Below, in pieces: positions 21,951 to 32,800 of a stretch of 64,000 nucleotides of DNA; position 1 is the stretch's first letter, and each line of letters starts with the position of its first letter. Both the position numbers and the translations under genes were made by a program. Source of the stretch: Hormiphora californensis (taxonomy: Eukaryota; Animalia; Ctenophora). A model generated the notes under the pieces. It did no database searches. It saw only the letters and a list, made by a program, of their open reading frames with translations, and was not told where the DNA came from. The stretch covers positions 3,968,001 to 4,032,000 of the forward strand of contig CM035350.1 of NCBI GenBank assembly GCA_020137815.1. Direction: 5' to 3'.

Positions 21951-23830
21951 GCTGCCCTAACATTGTGCCTAAATCTGTCGACCTTACAATATTATTGTCG
22001 CTCGTCAAGCAGGAAGAACAATAATAGCGCACGTGTTTCCTATTGACTATAGTCTCTTGGAGCAGTCCTAATGTCATTATCCCCTAATACATACACACAA
22101 ATTTCCATGGCTTTTATAGATTCCGCTTTACGTAAGTTCTTCATTTTACCAGCTACCCATCCTTCACTTCTCTCTATCCATCATGTTGAACATGATTCAT
22201 GTTCCTTTGTTCCAGACGATTGTGCGATTGTGACTTGGATCCATGGCCATCGCAACCTATTCTCGATGTGTGATCGACCTCGATCTCACTCAGGTATCAA
22301 TGTGACCAACGTTGTGACCCGTTCCGTAGTTCGTCTGGCCTTCGGTCCAATGCTTGTAGCTCCCACCGGTAGTTCGGCCCCTGTGTGAGAGCCGGCAGAC
22401 TGAAAATATCAACTCACCCACTCTCTCTCTATCCCAGTCGCTTGTAGTGACTAGTGAGAAAAGGGTGATAGAAAAACGGAGATCCGTTTGCTCTTTATTT
22501 CACTAGTGACAGCTATTGCTGAACTCCAATTTTCACTATAAGAAACACTAGTGACACTAGAAATAGTGGTCACATATTAACTCACGGCACTTGTGACACT
22601 AGTACTGTGACTGCTCAGAATTTATTTCTTTGGAACATTTCCTCCATCTACGACCCACTACGTGAGACAGTATTTAAGCAAGAGTTATAATGCAGGCGTG
22701 GAAAATGTGTGACCACTATTTCTAGGCCCCTTTTCCTGTCCCGGCCATGACACTAGAATACCGCATATATGTATGCTAGTGGAGCACCATTTTCACTTCT
22801 TTCACAACTTGACATATTCACCTCTCTCTCTCGCACGGCAACGGCATCGCGGCAGAGCACAGCTATAGGTTTCTTCAAATATTGTAATTCGATTGCTGCC
22901 TCGAGTGAAGAGAGCTAGTCGGCTGTCTGTCTCTTGCAGCTGTGTGTTATTCAGCAAGCTTTACTAGATTATTTGTATGAATATGTTGCCTATGTAACAA
23001 GCAAATACAGTTCCATACCAGTGTATTGCCATTTCGTTGGTTTGAGACACATAGAGAGTCAGAAAAACATAGAGAAAAACAATACAAAGAGAGGAAAAAT
23101 AAATCGATAAAGTTGGGATTTTGTGGGTGAATGCCTAATTTTTGCCTTGTTACCACGTCACATACAGGGCGAGGCATCGTAAAGAATGATAGAGAGAGGG
23201 GGAAGAGGAGAGAGGCAGAGAGGAAACGAGAAAAAGAATCTGAGAGAACATCAAGAGCACCATGTATACTGCATAGTGCATACTATGCATTGCATAGGTG
23301 TGTTTGAGTGAGAGTTTGGGAGTAAAACTACCTAGCTCTGCAGCCTCTCTTATACGTGAGAGATGGAGACAGGCTCTTGGAGAACCCGTACATTTATGTA
23401 ATGAGTTCTTTACAGTTGCAACAGTCTGCTTGTGTTTCTTGTGTTTTGCAGTTGTCATACGAATGCATACCTAAACATATTGTTCATTTGAAACTATCGA
23501 CAACTTAGTTTATACGGACGTTTAATAGTGTAGGCACTGCCCACTGCCTTTTGGAAGCCTACACTATTAAACTGGGCACACAGTTATAGGGAAGGTATGT
23601 TGGTCGTTGGAATACTTAAAATTTTCCAGTTTAGTTTGTGAGCTGCACATCTTTCATCACTATGCTTTTGCAACCCCTACTACAGCAGTAATATTTCATA
23701 ACAAAGTTGAGTCGACGAGTCGTCCGTCCCGTTTTTATCAATGGGGAGCACGGGGACAGTTCAAAGACAAAGTATAGTCATATCTGATCAATTGAAAGAT
23801 ACGTTGCTATAAAAACCTTTAGGTTTTAGG

Positions 23831-26069
23831 ATGAGTAGTGGTCGAGAGAAGATCAGGGCTGCCAAGGCCAAGAAACAAGGAAAAGTGATCCGATCTCGTC
23901 TTGGAGAGAGCGAAAATGCTGAGGCGGTAAGTTTAAATTCAGAGAAGGTTATTTTTGGTTTTTAGTTAGACTTAGTCCCTAGTCACTATCATGTATTAGC
24001 ACTTGGTGCACCTCCTAATTTATTATCGGTGTTATTATCGCGATTTGACGGAGTTAATGTTATCACGGCCCCTGTCTACAGGCTTTATCAGCTGCGGAGG
24101 CAGACGATTTCGTGACCATTGCTAAACACAAGTTGCTACGAAGAAAGAGTGTCAGAATGGTGGTACCGGAAGAAATCGGTAATGAAATTGTTTCAAAATT
24201 AAATGCTTCATAACAAACTCTGCTGTGTTAGAGGGGTCCCACTCCTTACACAACAAATTAATTATTACTTTATTATTGAAAACTGACCTAGGCCATATCG
24301 GGCCTCTAAAAAAGTGACTGACCCATGCTGTCCCCCCAGAAAAGACAATTTACGAGCTCACAAAAGAGCAGCTTGATCACGTAGAGGTGAAGACCCCTGA
24401 GCAGATTGAGAAGGAGAGGAGGCTGAAAGAGGCAGAAGAGGAGGCTATCAGAAAGCAGTTGTTGAGAGAGGAACAGGAGAGACAGAGGCTGATCCAAGAA
24501 GAGAAGGAAAGACAGGAGAGGGAGGAGGCTGAGAGACTTCGACTTATCCAGGTAGAATTTATAGATGGGTATGTTTATAATAGGGGCGTAAGAATATAGA
24601 TATCTGATCTGCAATGTGACTGAAATCGCTCTGAATTTGTTGCAAGAACTTCTTACAACAAGTTCAGAGCGATTTCAGACAACTTTATTAATTTTCACTC
24701 TCCAGCTTTATGGCTATTCGGCAACTAAAGTATTTCAATATGACAGGAGGAAGAAGAGAGGAAGAGGAGGGAGGAGGAAGAGAGACTGCGAGTGGAGAGG
24801 GAGGCTCGGGAGAAGCGAGAAGCATTAGAGAGACAGCGAATGGAGGCGGAAGAGCGGGCGCGGAAGCAGAGGAAGGAAGATTATGACAGGAAACTAGCTG
24901 CTGTGATGAACGCGTCCAACCAATCCGAGAGGGTAGGTAAAACACTGTAGAACAGTAACCGCGAAAAATATCTGCAACCAGGTCTACAAATGCCTTGTTG
25001 ACGGCCTTTTTGACTCATGAACTAAAATTGTTCCCCCTCATTTTAGGAAAACGCTTTGAGGGAAGTTGGTAAGTTGACAATTGCTGACTTTGGATCACTA
25101 GAGGAATGGGAGTCTCATCAGAGGGAAGTCGGAAAGCTTAATATCCTGGTAGGTACAACATTGTAATCCAATCAACCTGTTTCAATGGCCTTGATTCCCC
25201 ATCTATGACTATCTATCTACACTGTAGATTCTACAGAGTGCCTTGGGGTTGTCATAAAAGTTAGAACCCTGAACCAAACCATTTTGTTTTCCCATGCCCT
25301 AACCATGCTCCCCCGGTATGCAGGAGATTGCAGGCAACTTCAAGAAGGCGGGAAAACGAAAGTTTAGGATGGAAAGGAGGAAGACTCAGTCAGTTAACTG
25401 GTCGAACGCCAAATCCCTCATCTCCAAGTTCTCAGATAAATTTAACCAAGATGAGGTAACCAAGGACGAGGTAACACGAATATATTGTGTATTATACGTG
25501 TCCTTGAACAATCAAAAGGTGTACATTTTATTCTCAATCCAATGTTTGTTGACTTGATCTAGCCATAATGGGGTTGCAATTTGTTTTCAACAGTCTTGTA
25601 TCTGTATATTCTCCCAAGATATCCCATACGATATCCCCCAAGATATCTCTTGTAAGATATCTCTTGTAAGATCAGATCGCATCAATACAGAAACATCAAA
25701 CAACTATTTACAAATGTTTCCCCTTGGCAGGTAATACGTTTCGTTAAACCAACAGCAGTTGATCTGAAGGATATCGACTACAACGATTCCTGCTCCACCC
25801 CCGATGCCCGATCAGATATCGGTAATTATGTTTAGGTCACGTGACTGGTTATCAGCCAATCAGGGACCAGTATTTCCTGATTCGGTCGGTTCCTGGTAAT
25901 TATATTAATTGGTTCCCATGGCAACAAATTTGTCCCAGTTGAGAGTTCAATATCATGATATTTTCTCGTCTCTAATTATACAGAACTGGATATGTTAGAG
26001 CTCAAATATGACATGGATGAGCTATCAATCGAGTGTCCAAGGCCCATTCGTAGTGCTGGGGCCTTCTGA
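23831..26069 (+). CDS. Uncharacterised ~330-aa protein with an E/R/K-rich single-alpha-helix/coiled-coil core, 8 exons
   Basis: Exons ~23831-23926, 24082-24178, 24340-24551, 24747-24932, 25047-25148, 25324-25470, 25731-25821, 25984-26069 with phase-consistent GT-AG introns; two REVGKL motifs. Confidence 0.75.
25830..25895. mobile_element. 5'-truncated copy of the ~90-bp hAT MITE
   Basis: TTAGGTCACGTGACTGGTTATCAGCCAATCAGGGACCAGTATTTCCTGATTCGGTCGGTTCCTG flanked by 8-bp direct repeat GTAATTAT. Confidence 0.75.
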
Positions 26070-26851
26070 GAGCTTCAAGAGTAAGCTTTGCAATTATTTA
26101 GTGGAGCATCGGAGCACAGAGTGAAATAATAGCATACTTTTTTAGCACAAAAAAGAGAGTTTTAGCACCGACAACTAGCAGCATCTCTCAGTTTGTTTGA
26201 CCCTTCGTTACCATAGTAACACCCTGTACCTCCCTAGCAACGCCAGACAGCGGAGTTGTAGTTAGGTCCGGCAGTCATGAGGATGATCACGACTGAAAAG
26301 CGAAGGGAAATCCTCCTGAGTTACCCATATTGGACTGCGATTGTGATACTTTTAGGGACTTAATTTGTGTGAATTTGAGTGTTGTATAGCTGAAAGTGTG
26401 AGCTTGCCAAAAATCCTTGATCCTATCATCAACAGTTTGAGTGTTAAATACAAATTACTTTTGCCCAGTTTCCCCCAAAAATGATATCTTTATTGGTGTG
26501 AAATTATTAATAACAAATGTAAAACAGCCGGTTTTTTGGAAGTGAGACAATAATTTTGAATTAAATTTACATTCTTTTGAAACAAACACTTTAAACATAA
26601 ACTTAGACGTTCTAAATATTGAAAACAAAAAATAATAAGAGAGATCAACTCAATAGTTCTGCCAGCAGAAAATCAAGTTTTACTCAAATGAAAATCAAAG
26701 GTCACGATAAAACAATAAATCAAAAACATTACCCTCTTCTTCTTACAAACCTACTCAACACCAAAACTTTTTATTATTATAACATTTGCTTAGCAAATTG
26801 CTACATATCTTTTTAAATGCTCCGCGTTGGAGCCAGCTAGGCGTGCATCCA

Positions 26852-29800
26852 CTACTTTTTGCAGTTGGGATGCGCCTTGAACACCAGGAAGACACCCTGT
26901 ATATTGATGTCGCCTGTGTCGTTAAACGTTAGAGTGATCTTCTTTCCCTTGGTTCCAGAGGCACAGTTGAACTTAACTGTTGCTGTTTTACCGCCCATGT
27001 ACACCGTGTTACAGGTTGTCTTATCAACCTTAACCTGCAATTAGAAGGGTTAGAATATTGTTATCCAGAGAAGTTGCTAGGTTATATGACCTAAAAGTAC
27101 CTGACCCTACAACACTACAAGTAACTGACCCTACAAGTGTGACATGATAGCTGACTCAAATTGGTCAGAATACTGTATCCACCAGGAATTGAACAGCCCC
27201 CACACAGTTAGTTAAAATTCCAGACCCTACTTCCCATACCCGACCCTATACTAACAGTACACTTACCACAACGTTTCCATGACAATAAGAAACAACCCCA
27301 CAACACTTACCACAACGTTTCCGCCACTCTTAGAGCAGCATTTCTGTTGGTTGTACACCTCCATGCTACGGATCATGTAGCAGTGCTTCAGATCGACTGT
27401 CACTACCTTGCCCTTCCGCTGGCCGGTACAGTCCCCATTACCACAGGGGAACCTCTTGATGTATGAGGTCATTCCTGCAGGAGCTGTCATTAGGATACGG
27501 ATCATATTTACAGAGAGATGGGTCATTAGATACGGAGAGATGGGTCATTAGATACGGAGAGATGGGTGATTAGATACGGAGAGATGGGTGATTAGATACG
27601 GAGAGATGGGTCATTACTCATTAGATACGTTCAAAGTTCAGAAAGGAGGCAAAGAGAAACAGAGACAGGGGGCTGGAGGGAGCCAACGAAGGCACACACC
27701 TGTGACCTGTGTAGAAAACAGATTGCCATTTTTGGTTTTGGCGGTTAATATGAGGGGCTATAAGGTTCCTAAAAATGTGATAAGGAGATAAAAATGGCCC
27801 CCAGCTGTTTAAATTCGCACATGCATGTTTTTTATCTTCGTCGAGTTTGTTTCTACTCTAAACTCTAGCTCCATGCAGGGAGGACATGAGCACAACTCAC
27901 GTGTTTTACTGTAGCTCTTCTTCGCAGTTCCAGTTCTTAGTGACAACTTTTTCTTGGTCTCGTCATGTTGTACCGCAGTACACCCGGCCGTCACCATGCA
28001 TTGCCTAGTTGCCTCGGCAACCGACTTGAATCCGTCCTGGCCGGGCATGGCAGTACCGTATTGGACTCCCGCCAGGGGCGTCCAGTGGAGGTAATGGTAC
28101 ACCAAGGTCATTCCACTGAGGTCCAAGGTAGTCTCTGTAGGGGGGAACAGGGATGTTATAACAACCAGCTAGTCGGGGAGATCAGGGCTAGATCGGGGAG
28201 ATCAGGGCTAGATCGGATAAGTCAGGGCTAGATCGGGGAGATCAGGGCTAGATCAGGGAGATCAGGGCTAGATCAGGGAGATCAGGGCTAGATCAGGGAG
28301 GGAGAGTCTGAATTTGGAGAGTATAGCTGGAGAGTACGTGGCATGAAAAAGATGTGTGGGGACTGTTAGGCAGATCGCGCTAACACTTTCTCTCGCGTTT
28401 AAAAGAGAGCGGATGAGCTGTATACTTACTGCCAAGAAGCCATGCCTTCTGTCCAATGGCATCTGCTGGAGAGGATCCCTTCCTTTGATACCACTTCCCG
28501 CCCTTAAAGTGGACACTCTTACAGAGGGGGTTCCGGACACATGCAGACAGAGCAGTGTTTCGCTCCGTGTAGGCGGGGGTCTTGGGGACGTCACCGGCTG
28601 TCTTGTAGTCTTCGTAGAAGTACCAGATAGTGCCTGTGTAGATGGGGGGGGGGGGGAGGGTTAAAATTAGCTTGTTCTCGCTGTGCCGGGTTCAAGCTGT
28701 TATGTCAACAAATTACAAGCAGTAACCCTAGCCATCATAAACACCAATATATTCACCAGGAACCGACCGAAACAACTCGTTATTTAGGTCACGTGACTGG
28801 TTATCAGCCAATCAGGGATCAGTATTTTCCTGATTCGGTCGGTTCCTGATATTCACACTCACTGTCATATGTGAAGGATGGGATATGGTTTCCTCCCAGA
28901 ATCCAGCATTTAGCACCCTGCTTCTTGATAAACTTGGAGCCCTCCGTGATCTTGTATTTGGTGGCACTGATGTAGTTCACTCCCGTACAATCCTTCTTCT
29001 TAGAGCAGGCGTTCATGGCGAGTTTCATGGTCTTGAAGCTGACAGATGGGTCACTCTGCACATACCCATCAACCAGTGACCAAACTCTTAATCTGTATGT
29101 TACTACCTTATCTGTGAAATGTGAGGCCATTGTTAGTTAGTTATTTAGCTCGTACCGGTACCAGTACTTGTTCTATAAAACTCTAACCCCTTATGTCTAG
29201 CTTGTACCAGCTCTACAACCCCCCTAGTTCCTTGAATAGTTCATACTTTGCACGGTCACAGTGTCAGCTGCAACTAGTTCCCAGCTGCAAATAGTTCCCA
29301 GCTTACTTCCTCTAAAGTATCCAGTAGCCTTTGCCTTGGTGGCCGTCCCAGTGCTCTTCCCCAGTCTGAACTTGTCTGAGCTCAACTGGGTCACTCCACT
29401 ACAGGCTGATTTCTTGGAGCACGCAGTTAGGACCCGCCTCAAGGTTGGCATGGGTAGTTCCGTCAAGGTAGTCCCCATCTATCTTTGTGTTATCTCCGGT
29501 AGTCCTCCAGATATACCCATCTGATACGACACCCTTGGACCGTTTCCTGAATACCATCCCTGAGCCGAGTTTGGTTTTGGTGCTTGTCGCCGTGTAGAAC
29601 TTCTTCTTCTTGGCCAGATAAGTGACACCCTTACACTTGGGGTTCTTGAGGCAACCCTTAACCGCCTGCAAATACGGATATGGTTTTGAGTGAATCAGAT
29701 TTTATATTTCCTACCGACTCCCTTGGTTATATAGATATTGTTATCCTAGTAAAACTGTAATACCCGCCCCGTTCCAAACTATACATACCTGCATGGAAGT

Positions 29801-32800
29801 CTGGTAGCCCAGTTTGCCGATGTTCACAAAGACATAAGGTGCGGAGACACTCCAGAAGTACTTTTCCAGGTACACCGAGTACTGCATATAGTTCAACTTC
29901 TTGTCATTCCTCACGTAACTTATCTCACCGTCAGCAGCCGTGTATACCGAGTGGCTGGTTGCTAAGGAAGGGAAGAGGTGTTTGCTAGGCGAGGTGGTTG
30001 CTAAGGAAGGGAAGGGGTGGTTGCTAGGCGGGGTGGTTGCTAAGGAAGGGAAGGGGTGGTTGATAGGCGGGTTGGTTGCTAAGGAAGGGAAGGGGTGGTT
30101 GCTAGGCGGGCTGGTTGCTAAGGAAGGGAAGGGTGGTTGCTAGGTGGGTTGGTTGCTAAGGAAGGGAAGGGGTGGTTACTAGGCGGGGTGGTTACTAAGG
30201 AAGGGAAGGGTGGTTGCTAGGCGGGGTGGTTGCTAAGGAAGGGAAGGGTGGTTACTAGGCGGGGTGGTTGCTAAGGAAGGGAAGGGGTGGTTGCTAGGCG
30301 GGCTGGTTGCTAAGGAAGGGAAGGGTGGTTGCTAGGTGGGTTGGTTGCTAAGGAAGGGAAGGGGTGGTTGCTAGGCGGGGTGGTTGCTAAGGAAGGGAAG
30401 AGTGGTTGCTAGGCGGGGGAGGAGTTTGACATGGTTGCTAGGCGGGGTTTTCAGTGATTGTTGTTAGGGCTTTCTCAGTGATTGTTGCCATGGGAGTTGT
30501 CAGTTATTGTTGCTATGGGATATGTAAAACTCACCGGTGTAATAACGTTTAGTTGCCTTCCTCCTGACGAACCCAGTACATTTGGGGTCCTTGCTACATG
30601 CAGCGACCACATCCTTAATACTCGTCTTGCCCTTAGTACTTTGATTAGCAATCTTCAGTCCCTCCAATTTGGTGTAGTATGTCCCACTTTGTAGAGAAAT
30701 AGGCGAGCTCTGCAGGTAGGCTGTCCTGGCGCTGCTAGCAGATAGAGTTGTTCCCGTGTTGGTCCTGAACTTAGTAGCTCCCTCCTTGGTGACACCCGTG
30801 CAGCCATCATCAGATGCACACACCTTCAGGGCTGAATCCAGGGTGGTGTATTTCTTGTCGTCATAGTAACCAGAGAGAGTGTATCCCTTCCTCTGATCCC
30901 AAAGGTACCCATGAGCTATCTCTACTCCGCCGTTATTCACCCAGCTGACCGCTCCGAACTGCTCTTTCTTCGTGCTGCTCTTATACAGCTCGTACTTGCC
31001 CTTATACAGTGTGACGCCCTTGCAGGAGCTGTTCAGTATACAGGCTTGCAGAGCGGCGTCCCGGGTCTTGTAGGTCTTGGAGTCTGCTTTGCCGCCCGTG
31101 AGAGTGTAAGGAGAGGAAACCTGGAGAGAGAAATATATTATTTGATCGGATGCCAGGATTCAGAGATTGATGACAGTGTTTAGAAGAACAAAAGTTTAGT
31201 TTGAGTATCTATATCAGGTATACTGTAGGGTAGCTTTTGACTTTTCACTAAATCATTGTTATGATGAGTCAGACTGAAAACACTCACCCCCCAGATATGG
31301 TTAGCGTAGTAGATGCTGAAGGTGGTGTAGTCGTATCCTCCCTTAGTGTAGGCTTTACCTCCCTTCAGCTTCTTTACCTTGGTACCCTTCGCTAGTCTGA
31401 AAAAAGGAAGGTTAGGCATGGAGATCGCTTTTGATTTCCGGCTTCGAAAGTTCATAATTGTGTGTTTTTTTCTTCTTGAAGAAGTCATACTTACTGGAAT
31501 TTGGTGCCTCCTATTTGGTTGATTGCCTTGCACTTCTTGCCCTTGGCAGCACAGGCCTTGCCGGCTGCGTTGAGGCTCTTGTAGACCTTCTTAGACAGAG
31601 TTGTCTTGTACACGTAACCAGGGGTGACGGTGTATAGGTAACCGCCCTCTGGAGCACTCTCACCACTGGAGGAGGGGGAGGGGGTTAATAGACATTCTAG
31701 GGGAGAGTGATATTTGGAGTCAGGAGACCTCTGACCTAATGGAGCGTTTTTTGATAGGAAGTAATATTTTAAAGGGGCATGCTTCTTTTCCCTTGGGAGA
31801 TCGATTGAGATCATGGAGAATGATGTCTGTAGTTCTTCAATCTAAAATCCTTGCAAGATAATTAAACTATGTACTTAATTACCGACAAATTATTGTTAAT
31901 TATACCTGCTGGTAATGATGCTGAATCCAGTTTTCTTTGTCTTAGTACCCGTCCCTATGAGATAGTAACGTCCCTTGTTTGTCTTCACCACACCCTTACA
32001 GCTAGCATTGTCCTTACAGGCTTGCAGGGCCTTTTTCCTGTTTTTGTAGGTCGCATTGTTCAGTTTGTCAGTCGACACGTACCCATCGGTCGTCTCCCAT
32101 GTGCGACCTGGTAGGACAGGTGGTTAGTTGGCTTTGGACAAAATTAGTTGTGTAACATTTTCCCACTGCAAGTGACCCGGTATAAGGGTCCGCATTGCCT
32201 TGCTCGATTGCCTTCCACCACGCCCGGGGGGTTAGAAAAATAACAATTGGTTGAGCACATACCTGAGGAGCTGAAACTCTTTCCTCCCTTAACGAAGGCC
32301 TGTTTTCCCTTGGCGGGAACGGGCACACCTCCCGTGTTTAGTCGGTAGTTCTTGGTTGCTTCCATGGTTACTCCTGCGCACTTGCTACTCGCAATACACC
32401 CCTGCAGAAGAGAGTTAGTTAATAAGATGGGTCAGGTAGGATCATTGATCAACTGAGAAAAGATAGAGCTATGAAACAGATACACAGACACTGTATAATG
32501 TATATGGTAGAGTACTACTAAATCTACCCTTTAGAGTTGGTTACGAAGTCACCCATATTACGCGATGAGGGGTAAATTCATTAGTATCTCTCTAATTATA
32601 GTACCTCTAATTAGTATCTCTCTAATTACAGTACCTCTAATTAGTATCTCTCTAATTAGTACCTTGAAGGCAGCGTCACGGGTGGTGTATTTCTTGGTGT
32701 TAAGATAACCGGTTAGCTTGTGTCCTGTCCTGCTCTTCCACGAGTAGTTTCCGAAGGACAGGGACATTTCAACAAAGGATGGTTTCTTTCCACCTGCAAA

